Assembly (NCBI GenBank): GCA_000146045.2
Contig: BK006940.2
Location: 64,001-128,000, forward strand
Reading direction: 5' to 3'
Source of the DNA: TPA_inf: Saccharomyces
Lineage: Eukaryota
Length of the DNA: 64,000 bases
The position numbers and the translations under genes were made by a program. The notes beneath the pieces are model-generated. The model saw only the letters and a program-made list of their open reading frames with translations, made no database searches and was not told the DNA's origin. Position 1 is the first letter of the stretch; the number at the start of each line of letters is the position of its first letter. Shown here piece after piece: positions 12,148-23,846 of the stretch.

Positions 12148-12830
12148 AGACAATCGCAAGAGGGTATAATTTTTTTTTTCTCGTTATTATCGCTGTTGGT
12201 GGGTTTTTTCTTTTCATATATTTCTTTTTCGCTTAGTGGTTTCTACTGTTCTGTCTCCGGTTAGTGTGTGCTACTTCAACCGAAGAAGAAGAGGCTTTTC
12301 AAGAATGCAAACGTGAGGTTGGCGCGCCCTCCTACAATTATTTGTGGCGACTGGGCAGCGACACTGAACATAGCTCTTGAACAAGACCCTTTTTTGGCTG
12401 CAAGGAGCAAGACTGGCTGGGGTTCCACCTCAAAGAGCCACGCTCTGCTTTTTTTCTATCTGTTTGTGTCATATCTATCTGTCTATTTATCTATATATAT
12501 ATTTTTTTATATAAAACTATAAAGAATTCTTGATGTATGCCCTTAGGTTGGGCAGCTTTTCAACCTTAGACTTGATGCTAACGCCGCTCTGTTCCTTCTC
12601 CCGTGCTCCCGCAAGCGAACATCTCCCCCTAACTCCGGGCCAATGAGTGATAACTATATCAAATACCTTCGAAAGGACCTTAGTCATCATATCACTCTCA
12701 CTCTCACGGCTCTCTGTAGTCCTCCTCGAGGAGTGGCCAAGAATGTTCTGTTCCGCAGTCTTTATATAATCGCACTGGTTGAAGACGAAAGCTCATATAA
12801 TTCTTTTTCCATAGCCTAAATACACCAACG

Positions 12831-13988
12831 ATGACTAAATCTGTAGATACGCTGCTGATCCCAGGCCCCATTATCCTAAGCGGAGCAGTCCAGAAGGCCC
12901 TGGACGTTCCCTCTTTGGGCCACACCTCTCCTGAGTTCGTCTCTATTTTTCAAAGGGTGCTAAAGAACACAAGAGCTGTCTTCAAATCCGCTGCTGCCTC
13001 GAAGTCTCAGCCTTTTGTGCTTGCCGGCTCTGGTACGTTGGGGTGGGACATATTTGCCTCGAACTTTATTCTTTCGAAGGCCCCCAACAAGAACGTGCTG
13101 GTCGTATCCACTGGGACATTTTCTGACAGGTTTGCTGACTGTCTGCGTAGCTACGGTGCGCAAGTAGATGTTGTTAGGCCCCTCAAGATAGGCGAATCAG
13201 TTCCCTTAGAACTGATTACTGAAAAGTTGTCGCAAAATAGCTATGGGGCTGTCACGGTTACGCACGTTGACACTTCAACGGCAGTGCTGTCCGATCTGAA
13301 AGCCATTTCGCAAGCGATTAAGCAGACTTCGCCGGAAACGTTCTTCGTAGTCGATGCTGTATGCTCGATTGGATGCGAAGAGTTTGAATTTGATGAATGG
13401 GGGGTGGATTTCGCCTTGACTGCTTCGCAAAAGGCTATTGGCGCTCCAGCGGGTCTTTCTATCTCGCTATGCAGTAGCAGATTCATGGATTATGCACTCA
13501 ACGACAGCAAAAATGGTCATGTACATGGGTATTTTTCCTCGTTGAGAAGATGGACACCAATAATGGAAAATTATGAGGCTGGTAAAGGAGCTTATTTTGC
13601 AACCCCACCCGTACAACTAATTAATAGCCTTGATGTAGCCTTGAAAGAAATTCTCGAAGAGGGGTTGCATAAGAGATGGGATTTGCACCGTGAAATGAGT
13701 GATTGGTTTAAAGACAGTTTGGTTAATGGCTTGCAATTGACATCCGTCAGTAGGTATCCTTCTAACATGTCTGCGCACGGGTTGACAGCCGTATACGTAG
13801 CAGATCCTCCTGATGTCATTGCTTTTTTAAAGTCACACGGTGTAGTCATTGCCGGAGGTATTCACAAGGACATCGGACCCAAGTATATCCGTATTGGACA
13901 TATGGGTGTGACCGCTTGCAACAAGAATTTACCGTACATGAAGAACTGCTTCGACTTAATAAAACTAGCTCTTCAGAGGAAAAAGTGA
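12831..13988 (+). CDS. AGX1: Alanine:glyoxylate aminotransferase (class V aminotransferase), 385 aa
   Basis: 385-aa ORF recognised as AGX1; PLP-lysine region ...TASQKAIGAPAG. Confidence 0.85.
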   Translation: MTKSVDTLLIPGPIILSGAVQKALDVPSLGHTSPEFVSIFQRVLKNTRAVFKSAAASKSQPFVLAGSGTLGWDIFASNFILSKAPNKNVLVVSTGTFSDRFADCLRSYGAQVDVVRPLKIGESVPLELITEKLSQNSYGAVTVTHVDTSTAVLSDLKAISQAIKQTSPETFFVVDAVCSIGCEEFEFDEWGVDFALTASQKAIGAPAGLSISLCSSRFMDYALNDSKNGHVHGYFSSLRRWTPIMENYEAGKGAYFATPPVQLINSLDVALKEILEEGLHKRWDLHREMSDWFKDSLVNGLQLTSVSRYPSNMSAHGLTAVYVADPPDVIAFLKSHGVVIAGGIHKDIGPKYIRIGHMGVTACNKNLPYMKNCFDLIKLALQRKK

Positions 13989-14010
13989 TTACCCTCGTAC
14001 TTTTCATTTC

Positions 14011-14034
14011 ATATATATATATATATATATATAT
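14011..14034 (+). repeat. (TA)12 microsatellite in the AGX1/CAK1 convergent 3' region; a similar (TA)n lies at 4947..4969 downstream of MIL1
   Basis: Direct reading. Confidence 0.9.
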
Positions 14035-14054
14035 GTACCTATATATTCTTCTTA

Positions 14055-15161
14055 TTATGGCTTTTCTAATTCTTGCAAGATTCTTTGACAGCTCCATCTT
14101 TCGTTTGGTGAAAATGAAACCATCCCCAGGATACAATTAATGAACTTCTGCTTGACTTTGACATCCGCAATCTCGTCCAGTCGAGGCATATTCCTCTCAA
14201 CAATGCTAATCTGTACATCTTTCTCCTGGTCCAGTACATACTTGCCATCGCCATCTGCACCAAACATACCAACAAATGCATCAACCGAGCCGTGTTGCGC
14301 AACCTCTTCCCATTTCTGAATGGACGGTATGCCCAACTTTTCGAATATTGAGCAAATCAGTCTGAAATCGCTTCCATCTGAGTTCATGTCGTCGCTGCCG
14401 TCATCAATCATGGCCGGAACGTGCCCCATACGGCTTGTTTCTCTCTGGAACCACTGAGAAATAATTATCAACAACGACCACACGTCCACGCCACCATCAT
14501 AGCATTTTACTCCAAAAAGCACTTCTGGGGCCTTGTAAATTCCTGTGCTTATATCCGTCACCTTGCTATCCATGGGTTCCGCACTTGTTTGTGAGTTATT
14601 TGCCATGTCATAAGAGATGCCAAAATCAATTATGTACAACTTTGGGGATACGGTGCTGGTATTGTTTGTTAGCATGATATTTTGCGGTTTGATGTCGCGG
14701 TGAATGATCTTGTTCTCATGTAAGAATGCAATCCCTTCAACCATTTGCCGGAAAAAGGACAAAGAATACCGATTGACGTCCAATTGATTAGTATATTTCT
14801 GAACGGGGGGGTCCGCAACAATTGGGATACTGGGATTTAGCAAATCGTAATAGGGATTTTTTTTTCTTCTATCTCTTTTATAGTGCATTTGCATGAACTC
14901 ATAAAGGTTCATCTCTTCAAAGGGAAACAACAACAATAGGTCATTATTATCGGTAGCCTTAGACTCTAGAAGAGGTAAGATGTGCTTACATTTGTTGCCC
15001 AGTTTGTTTAATATCGATACTTCGAATTTGGCGTTATGTGGCGGGATATCGAAATCTAGTGCTAGACATTTAATGGCATATGTATCCGACCTATAAATCC
15101 TAGCAGTTCTAGTAGATTTGACCAACTGACAGTGTGTAATGTCTATACTATCCAGTTTCAT
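14055..15161 (-). CDS. CAK1: Cdk-activating kinase, atypical protein kinase lacking the Gly-loop, 368 aa
   Basis: 368-aa ORF with HRDIKPQNIM, DFGIS, YKAPE motifs; recognised as CAK1. Confidence 0.85.
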   Translation of the reverse strand: MKLDSIDITHCQLVKSTRTARIYRSDTYAIKCLALDFDIPPHNAKFEVSILNKLGNKCKHILPLLESKATDNNDLLLLFPFEEMNLYEFMQMHYKRDRRKKNPYYDLLNPSIPIVADPPVQKYTNQLDVNRYSLSFFRQMVEGIAFLHENKIIHRDIKPQNIMLTNNTSTVSPKLYIIDFGISYDMANNSQTSAEPMDSKVTDISTGIYKAPEVLFGVKCYDGGVDVWSLLIIISQWFQRETSRMGHVPAMIDDGSDDMNSDGSDFRLICSIFEKLGIPSIQKWEEVAQHGSVDAFVGMFGADGDGKYVLDQEKDVQISIVERNMPRLDEIADVKVKQKFINCILGMVSFSPNERWSCQRILQELEKP

Positions 15162-15343
15162 TAAGATGGGCGTGAATTTTGTTGCCTCTCTTCTTCATCT
15201 GGCCTCTTTGCTTCTATGAGACTTCTGTCGTTTTCCTTTTTTTAGGATCACAAACTACTTCTATAACTTAAATAGTCAAATCACATTTTCCACTAAGATA
15301 CATATTTTCTATACAGGGGGTCTTTGCAGTTATATATACTCAG

Positions 15344-16213
15344 TTATATACCAATCTCTTTGTCAGGAATTTGATTATCACGTTTCAACCATTCTAGTGC
15401 TAATGGATGCAAACTATTCACTTTACTAATAACAACCTTATTGTTGTCATTTTCAAAGGCCACTTGTCCATTAACTTTAGCATTGACCACTTCAGAGAAC
15501 TCTACGTCTTTCTGATAATCTAAATTATCCACAATCTTACCTGATTTCATATGGTATACTTGGTTAGGCCATTTGGCCAAGCCGTCAAAAATATGTGTAG
15601 CGTAGACCACTGAGCATCTTCTGGTTTCGGTCTCCCACTTTAAAAACTCCAGAAGTCTTGCTCTGGCAATAACATCGAGATCCACAGTGACCTCATCAAG
15701 TAGTAAAACTCTCCAAGGTTTCAAGAGCCCCATGGCTAACTGAACTCTTCTCTTTTGTCCATCACTTAACCTGTGCATTCTCCAACGTACATCGATGTCC
15801 AGGATTCTAACCAATCTTTCACCTCTTTCCCTAAAATGATCGAATCCAATACTTTTTAATAGTTCCAAGACGCCGATATCCCTATTAATGATACTCATAT
15901 GGCACCATTCCGTACCTAGATAAGTGGTCGTTTGGTAGTTCGTCGAATCTTCAACACTTTCATCATCGTCCACTTGATTCATAGATAATGGACTGAATGG
16001 ATCAAGACCATTGACCAGGATTTTTCCATCAAGGCAAAGATGCTTACCGCTTAGTAATTTCAAAAGGGTGGATTTACCAGCACCATTGGCACCCACAACT
16101 AAAGATCTTGTATTCCATGGGATTTGAAGATTGATATCAACAACTGACGGATCGGAGCTTTCTTTGAATTTGTACGTTAGGTTACGCACCTCAATAGCAA
16201 ATTGGGAAACCAT
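15344..16213 (-). CDS. CAF16: ABC-type ATPase (nucleotide-binding domain only), 289 aa
   Basis: Walker A GANGAGKST, ABC signature LSDGQKRRV, Walker B LLLDE. Confidence 0.85.
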   Translation of the reverse strand: MVSQFAIEVRNLTYKFKESSDPSVVDINLQIPWNTRSLVVGANGAGKSTLLKLLSGKHLCLDGKILVNGLDPFSPLSMNQVDDDESVEDSTNYQTTTYLGTEWCHMSIINRDIGVLELLKSIGFDHFRERGERLVRILDIDVRWRMHRLSDGQKRRVQLAMGLLKPWRVLLLDEVTVDLDVIARARLLEFLKWETETRRCSVVYATHIFDGLAKWPNQVYHMKSGKIVDNLDYQKDVEFSEVVNAKVNGQVAFENDNNKVVISKVNSLHPLALEWLKRDNQIPDKEIGI

Positions 16214-16418
16214 CTTGAGAGTTATCTAATATCTTGATATCTTATGCAGGAGTACTGGTTTTCTCCATACTAAAAATCTCTCTTTCAGAATTTTCGTTTT
16301 TTCTTATTTGAGTCATCCTCGAAGAAATTTCCGCAGCGAATTTTAAAGAAGCACTTTATAATAATACCTTACATATGAGTTTGTTTCTATGTCATGGGTA
16401 TATAAGGTATATTGTATG

Positions 16419-17912
16419 CTATCTAGTTGGATGCCCCAGTTTCAAAATGTCCCTAATCGGATCCACCCAGATGTGACTAACGTGGTGCAAATTTATATTT
16501 ATATGTGATAAGTCTTTCAACTTTGTGGAGATCATGTAACGTAGATTGAGTACTAAACTCAACGACCTTGTAGTCCGTAATTGGTACAGGATAGCTACAA
16601 TCCCGATAAGTAAAGAAATTTTGCTCCACCTGTTATATTTGGAGGGTAAAAAATGGCCAAGTCTTTGGACCAACGCCCTTGTCTTGGATCTGGCGGCGAC
16701 ACCATGATACTTTTCTTCCTTGTAATGCTCGTTCATCTTTGTTTGTTCGCTCAAATAGAAGATAATGGTGCTCATATCGAAGCATCCTGGCTTTCCACAT
16801 GCTGTATTGAGTAATGCACTATATTTATTAAGACTCACCCGTTTCAAAGCCTTCTTGCTGGCAGTAGTCGCATCTTTTCTAGTTATTTGCAAGACTTCTT
16901 CCCAAAGCGCCTCATCATACAGTTTTTTCTGTAAAACTGTTTGTATAGCACCATGGCGCAGGTCAAAATCGTTCTCGAAGAAATCAGAATTAGCTTCTAT
17001 TTGCTTCGAAATTTCAGACGCATTTTGCAATAGCAGGTTCTTGTATATGATCAAAGGTAAACGCATAGATTGCATCGATATTGTCATGTCAAATATCTGG
17101 AAAAGAATTTTATGAAGATTGTTGTCACCGCTATCTATAGGTTTCAAATTATGTGCAAAGATTGTCAATATTGACCCAATAGCGAAAAGGGGCTCATTTT
17201 CGTCAAATTTGAATAGATTATAGAATTTCATGTTTGATTCCTTTATCAATGAAGAGATTACTCTCAATTGCTCAAATGAAAAATCTAGTGAGTTCATCAT
17301 GAAATCCCTCAGATATAATAGGGTAAATGCTTCGATGCAATAAAACAGCCTTTCCATATCAATTTCTTCTTGCAATGAGAGATTTTCTAGTTCCAGTCCG
17401 TTCTCTTTTGTGACATTCCAACTAAAACACATGATGAAAACAGACACAATATCATGATAACCTTGGTAATAGTTCAACGTTGGGTACTTTCTCAATACCC
17501 GAGTAATTAACTCCACCAGTAGTTTTCTCAATTGCAGTTTCAAGTTTTTGTCGACAATTCCACCAAAAGACCTTTCTGCATCCAATATCACCTGACCTTC
17601 ATCTTTATGTTTTTCCACTGGTGTAATGTACTCTGTTGCATCATCAATAAGCAACTGGGACGCCAATAATTCATACCAACAATCTTTTCTTAATGAGTTG
17701 TTTACAAACCCCAGAGGCCCTAAACCTATGTACCTCAAAGCTCGGACATCTTTTTTCTCTAATAACTTTGATATAACTTTTCCTTTTTGTTCTTCTGCCT
17801 TTCCACTGTCACAACGAGAAAGTGATTCCAGATATGCGTTATAACCTCCCCTTGTCAACGCGTCTTTGTCGTGGCTACTCTGATTAGTATGAAATAATGA
17901 CCTTAATGGCAT
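16419..17912 (-). CDS. GYP8: Rab GTPase-activating protein (TBC domain), 497 aa
   Basis: 497-aa ORF recognised as GYP8; TBC-type Arg/Gln finger context. Confidence 0.8.
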   Translation of the reverse strand: MPLRSLFHTNQSSHDKDALTRGGYNAYLESLSRCDSGKAEEQKGKVISKLLEKKDVRALRYIGLGPLGFVNNSLRKDCWYELLASQLLIDDATEYITPVEKHKDEGQVILDAERSFGGIVDKNLKLQLRKLLVELITRVLRKYPTLNYYQGYHDIVSVFIMCFSWNVTKENGLELENLSLQEEIDMERLFYCIEAFTLLYLRDFMMNSLDFSFEQLRVISSLIKESNMKFYNLFKFDENEPLFAIGSILTIFAHNLKPIDSGDNNLHKILFQIFDMTISMQSMRLPLIIYKNLLLQNASEISKQIEANSDFFENDFDLRHGAIQTVLQKKLYDEALWEEVLQITRKDATTASKKALKRVSLNKYSALLNTACGKPGCFDMSTIIFYLSEQTKMNEHYKEEKYHGVAARSKTRALVQRLGHFLPSKYNRWSKISLLIGIVAILYQLRTTRSLSLVLNLRYMISTKLKDLSHININLHHVSHIWVDPIRDILKLGHPTR

Positions 17913-18350
17913 CGTATTTTGTTAATTGGCTTGTTCTATGTCATTTGCTAAATTTTCTCTTTATTTCTTTACTTTGCCAATTCAAGATAATCTTCCCTTC
18001 CCAGAGAGAAAAAAGGAAAAATTTAGCTATGAAACCTCAATAAGCTTTTTAATACACCAAAGATTCAAGATAAGAGCATAGAACGAACTGTAGAATAGTC
18101 CGGATATGTTATCCAATGCCTGCCAAAATGCATTGTCACACGCTGTAGTGCTCGAATAGGTGTTGCAATCCGTCAATATACGTCTTGCTCTGTGGGTAAA
18201 TGTCTCGTGCATTAAGACAGGCTAGTATAAACGAGAAGAAGTATCCTGCTTTGCAATGAAACAATAGTATCCGCTAAGAATTTAAGCAGGCCAACGTCCA
18301 TACTGCTTAGGACCTGTGCCTGGCAAGTCGCAGATTGAAGTTTTTTCAAC

Positions 18351-18389
18351 CATGTAAATTTCCTAATTGGGTAAGTACATGATGAAACA
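18351..18389 (+). promoter_or_regulatory. STE2: a-specific-gene operator (alpha2-Mcm1, 31 bp: catgtaaatttcctaattgggtaagtacatg) immediately followed by a pheromone response element TGAAACA (18383..18389)
   Basis: 31-bp element with CATGTA...TACATG ends and a central CCTAATTGGG Mcm1 core, about 200 bp upstream of the STE2 ATG. Adjacent TGAAACA is the Ste12 PRE consensus. Confidence 0.8.
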
Positions 18390-18579
18390 CATATGAAGAA
18401 AAAAGCTTTCCTACATATTCAAGATTTTTTTCTGTGGGTGGAATACTATTTAAGGAGTGCTATTAGTATCTTATTTGACTTCAAAGCAATACGATACCTT
18501 TTCTTTTCACCTGCTCTGGCTATAATTATAATTGGTTACTTAAAAATGCACCGTTAAGAACCATATCCAAGAATCAAAA

Positions 18580-19875
18580 ATGTCTGATGCGGCTCCTTCA
18601 TTGAGCAATCTATTTTATGATCCAACGTATAATCCTGGTCAAAGCACCATTAACTACACTTCCATATATGGGAATGGATCTACCATCACTTTCGATGAGT
18701 TGCAAGGTTTAGTTAACAGTACTGTTACTCAGGCCATTATGTTTGGTGTCAGATGTGGTGCAGCTGCTTTGACTTTGATTGTCATGTGGATGACATCGAG
18801 AAGCAGAAAAACGCCGATTTTCATTATCAACCAAGTTTCATTGTTTTTAATCATTTTGCATTCTGCACTCTATTTTAAATATTTACTGTCTAATTACTCT
18901 TCAGTGACTTACGCTCTCACCGGATTTCCTCAGTTCATCAGTAGAGGTGACGTTCATGTTTATGGTGCTACAAATATAATTCAAGTCCTTCTTGTGGCTT
19001 CTATTGAGACTTCACTGGTGTTTCAGATAAAAGTTATTTTCACAGGCGACAACTTCAAAAGGATAGGTTTGATGCTGACGTCGATATCTTTCACTTTAGG
19101 GATTGCTACAGTTACCATGTATTTTGTAAGCGCTGTTAAAGGTATGATTGTGACTTATAATGATGTTAGTGCCACCCAAGATAAATACTTCAATGCATCC
19201 ACAATTTTACTTGCATCCTCAATAAACTTTATGTCATTTGTCCTGGTAGTTAAATTGATTTTAGCTATTAGATCAAGAAGATTCCTTGGTCTCAAGCAGT
19301 TCGATAGTTTCCATATTTTACTCATAATGTCATGTCAATCTTTGTTGGTTCCATCGATAATATTCATCCTCGCATACAGTTTGAAACCAAACCAGGGAAC
19401 AGATGTCTTGACTACTGTTGCAACATTACTTGCTGTATTGTCTTTACCATTATCATCAATGTGGGCCACGGCTGCTAATAATGCATCCAAAACAAACACA
19501 ATTACTTCAGACTTTACAACATCCACAGATAGGTTTTATCCAGGCACGCTGTCTAGCTTTCAAACTGATAGTATCAACAACGATGCTAAAAGCAGTCTCA
19601 GAAGTAGATTATATGACCTATATCCTAGAAGGAAGGAAACAACATCGGATAAACATTCGGAAAGAACTTTTGTTTCTGAGACTGCAGATGATATAGAGAA
19701 AAATCAGTTTTATCAGTTGCCCACACCTACGAGTTCAAAAAATACTAGGATAGGACCGTTTGCTGATGCAAGTTACAAAGAGGGAGAAGTTGAACCCGTC
19801 GACATGTACACTCCCGATACGGCAGCTGATGAGGAAGCCAGAAAGTTCTGGACTGAAGATAATAATAATTTATGA
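18580..19875 (+). CDS. STE2: alpha-factor pheromone receptor, 7-TM GPCR, 431 aa
   Basis: 431-aa ORF beginning MSDAAPSLSNLFYDPTYNPGQSTINYTS; seven hydrophobic segments and a Ser/Thr-rich C-tail. Confidence 0.95.
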   Translation: MSDAAPSLSNLFYDPTYNPGQSTINYTSIYGNGSTITFDELQGLVNSTVTQAIMFGVRCGAAALTLIVMWMTSRSRKTPIFIINQVSLFLIILHSALYFKYLLSNYSSVTYALTGFPQFISRGDVHVYGATNIIQVLLVASIETSLVFQIKVIFTGDNFKRIGLMLTSISFTLGIATVTMYFVSAVKGMIVTYNDVSATQDKYFNASTILLASSINFMSFVLVVKLILAIRSRRFLGLKQFDSFHILLIMSCQSLLVPSIIFILAYSLKPNQGTDVLTTVATLLAVLSLPLSSMWATAANNASKTNTITSDFTTSTDRFYPGTLSSFQTDSINNDAKSSLRSRLYDLYPRRKETTSDKHSERTFVSETADDIEKNQFYQLPTPTSSKNTRIGPFADASYKEGEVEPVDMYTPDTAADEEARKFWTEDNNNL

Positions 19876-20144
19876 TCAAAATTTACGGCTTTGAAAAAGT
19901 AATTTCGTGACCTTCGGTATAAGGTTACTACTAGATTCAGGTGCTCATCAGATGCACCACATTCTCTATAAAAAAAAATGGTATCTTTCTTATTTGATAA
20001 TATTTAAACTCCTTTACATAATAAACATCTCGTAAGTAGTGGTAGAAACCACCTTTGCTTTTACGAGTTCAAGCTTTTTTCTTGCCATGATCTAGAACTC
20101 TCAGGCAATATATACAGTTAATCTTTTTTTACTGGGTTGTAGTT

Positions 20145-23100
20145 CTAATGTATTGTTTCGAAAAATAGCAACCAGGCACATATTATGTTCACCAAGTGGT
20201 GTATCCAGTACAGATTTCTTATTCCATAAATGAAACTGAAAACGGTTAAGTACACAAATAAAATGATGGTAACTTTACCATCCCACGTGTCTAAAGGTAC
20301 GCTGTTTGGCATTTTGAAAATAGAATTATTTCCAACCAAAAAAATAATTGGTGCCACTGCTAGTATATTGTGATGGGATCTAAATGAAGTTTCCCATTTG
20401 ATGGCAACATTATGCAGGAAAACAATAATGATAGGGATGTTAATGGCACTAACAAATAATAAAAGCAGAAGCAACGTCATATTATAATTTAGTAAGTTCA
20501 ATTTCTGCTCGTTGTTTGATAGTTTCAACAGCGCTACTCTAATGCAGGTAGCAATTTGGATTACTAATGAGATAACAAACGCCATCTGGTATGGTATGTG
20601 AAAAAATACCAACAGTAATAAAAGCACAGATGCCATTAATCTTCCCTTACCATACGCTTTATGTTCAATAGTATCAAAAGCCTCTTTATCTTCAGTGTTT
20701 TTCTTTGATAACTTCCGTTGAAGGAATATTACTAAAATTTCCAAGGATCCAAAAATCTTAGAAACTAGTGCTAGTAATCCAACTGTCATAACCCCAAAGA
20801 GAATTCCAATAGTTGACATAAACCAATCTCTGATCCCCAAATAATAAAAATTTGCATGCATGTTTCTCTCGGATAGCAGAAATGGATAATTTAAACCGAC
20901 AGGATCCAATAAATAAAGTATTCGTTGTACCAACTTATTATTAACCACAGGCGAAGCTAAGAACAGCGTAAAAAACATTAATATTCCGTGCTTTCTTAAA
21001 ATATATCCCAAAGTGCTATCAAAGGAAGGAAACTCAGATGTCTTGTTGTACCAGTAGAACTGGTATGACAGTACGAGTGCTATAAACGCGACTGGAAAAG
21101 ATGCTAGTGCTAATCTGTACCTGATAAACAGCATTTTCAAAGTTAAAGACCAATTAATAGTCATTTTAGCTTCTAAGGACATTCCGGGTGGAATAAAAAA
21201 ACTTAATTGTAGCGATCTCGGTTCGCTTTCATTTAATGGGATAAACGGTGCTACATTATGCATATTTATATCGAGACTTTTGTTTATAATATTTAGATGC
21301 CATTTAGACTCGAAAGGTTCGTAAACCCATTGCCTTATGAAAGGCTGAAACAATGTCTCTTCGGAAGCAATACCTTCGTTGCTTGCCTCAATCTTGGTTT
21401 CTAATTTGTACGATAATAAAGAATCCCACAAATTACTGAAACTTATAACCTGCTCGATGTCTTTGCCATCCAAGTGTAGTTGTTCTCCAAAGAGCAATAT
21501 TTGAGAAGGTGTAGTATTGACTATTTGTACATTGGAGACGTTGCGCAGTAATGCCAAAAGAAACCCCTGATTGTCCTCCATGCCTTCTTGTTCTGAAAAT
21601 TCACCGTAAGTGGGTTTGCTTATCATCAAGTAGTCGTACTTCTGTAGTATATTCTTGCCAACACTAACGGCTTTAAACGGATTTTTTGCTTCTCCAAAAG
21701 AAGAATCAGCTGCGAACTGAGTATCTTTTGAAGACCTGGGCACTGTTAGAATACTATCAACAGCTGTTATACAGCTTAGATTCACCCTGGACTCTGTACA
21801 GAAATAGATCATAGGCATATCGAGACTAGTTAATAATGTGAAATGCAGGTGTTCAGTGGAGGAGATGTTACTCGGAATATTTATTTTTGTATAATTGTTG
21901 TGCCACTTTTCCAGGTTAAACATTTCAAAATCTAGGACATCGTTCATTTCCAAAGTAGCGTAATCAGAAAAGAAGTTGTCACTAAATTCTTGTAAGTTTT
22001 CTTGAGGATAATTTAACTTACTATTCATCCATGAGTAGTCTTCAAACCCTGAAAGCAATAGTTTTCTAGCGATTTGCAATCTCTGATTCAATGGCTTAAC
22101 TTTTTCAGGTTTGGAGGCATCTATACTTTCCAATAAAAGGCGCGCTAGTACCTCTCTTAATTGCTTGCACCAAACAATGGCTAAATGATCAATTGGAGTC
22201 CAAACATCTGGAATAGTAGTTGTGAAGCTGGTGAACCCATTTTCTAAGCTAACCAAATCTTCTACAGATGCATAATCTGCAGGTAAAGTAGTATCCAATA
22301 TACCGCCTGTAATGGAAACCAATGAAATGTTCTTAGAGAAAAAAGAATCGTTTTGGGATAACTGCTTTCTCCAATATTCGTTTGTATTTTTGTAAAGCTT
22401 TAAAATGTCACCATCAAAGGTTACTGGTGAAGCAGCATGAGGTGATGATAAGGTCAATATGGTGCTTATACTTCCCGGTACGTGGTTCTTCAAAGTTAGC
22501 ATGACCCTGGATACAATACCGCCCATGGAATGTCCCACGATAATAACTGACTGCGGTTTTGGATGTGGGTAATCAGGGGTCCTTTCGTAAAGAGACAAGA
22601 TGTACTTAATGGCATCATTTAGGTATTCAGCTTGATCAAGCATTGTTTCACCATGAAACGCAGTGAAATCTTCATTGAAATCTGCCGTAAAGAAGTCCAA
22701 ATTTCGCACATTTTCGTTACGCAGAGTCGCCCTGGTATTGGAATCAAAATATATATTGGAGCAAGCGGAAGCAATCGATCTGCATTGCCTAAAAGAACCT
22801 GCATTTCCGGGTATAAAAAGTACAGGGATACCATCAAGTTGTAACTCATCACCATTTAAAGGTTCTCGGTCTACGCTTTGTTCTCGATACAAGTAAAGAT
22901 GATACTTGTGTGCCAGTGGTGTATACCTCTCGTCAAATCCATCGATCCTTGCGTAAGATGGAAACATATAGATAGATTCACACTGAGGAGCATCTGCACC
23001 ATTAAAAGGTTTCAGTAGCGATATCAATAAAAGCGAGCAAATGCTTAAAATGCCAAGAATAGAGAAAAGGCGATATGTGTAAGGTTTTTTTGCTATCTTA

Positions 23101-23234
23101 TCATTGTTCATATATTTGGGGGAAGCTTTATCCTGGTCTTCACGCGTAGCGAGTACTCTCGAGTATTGACCAGATGAGTTAACTTTATTAATTATGGGCC
23201 GCGTTATAACACTAACTAATCTCCTGATACCCAT
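20145..23234 (-). CDS. BST1: GPI inositol deacylase (PGAP1 family lipase), 1029 aa; the track ORF extends 35 codons further upstream to 23339 but the likely start is the Met at 23232..23234
   Basis: Lipase motif GHSMGG. Recognised as BST1, 1029 aa, starting [17 protein letters not shown]. Multiple C-terminal TM segments. Confidence 0.8.
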
Positions 23235-23846
23235 AACGAAATGAAGATTTTTGTATGATGGTAAGCCTAAGATATAGGCCAATGCTTTAAAGTAGAGGGA
23301 GTATTTCGAGTGTGAATTTACTATCAGATGGAACTGCAAGGAATGTGTTGAGACTCATTTTTACTTTTTCTTGTTATGACTTGGTTGGTATATTTAGACC
23401 TTTTTCAAAATTCGCGCCATACAGGAAAAAAAAATGGATAATAAGAAGAAATGCATTTATTTGAGGGTACCTAGTGAGTTATGCAATTGTCTATATAAGA
23501 GTATGAATCTAACTTAAATACATCAAGCATTTGGGATGAAATCATGCGAAAAATCAAAAGGTCACAACCGTGTGAAATGGAAATTAAAAAAAACGTTAAA
23601 AATATGTAGTCTTGTGAAGGTGATAATATTACAGCCGGATGATACTTGCTATTTTTCTTTTGAAATTTATTGTAGTTATCTTTTTTTGTTTTTTGTTTTT
23701 TTTCATTATTATTGCGTTATCGGTGTTCATTTCGGTGATTTGAATCTTCAGTAATGTTGCCTCGACTTTCGTAGTAAACTTTGAATGTCAGGTTTGTTAA
23801 ATGCCAATGCGTAGAAAGATGTTCGAGAGGTACAAAGTTGTGCTGC

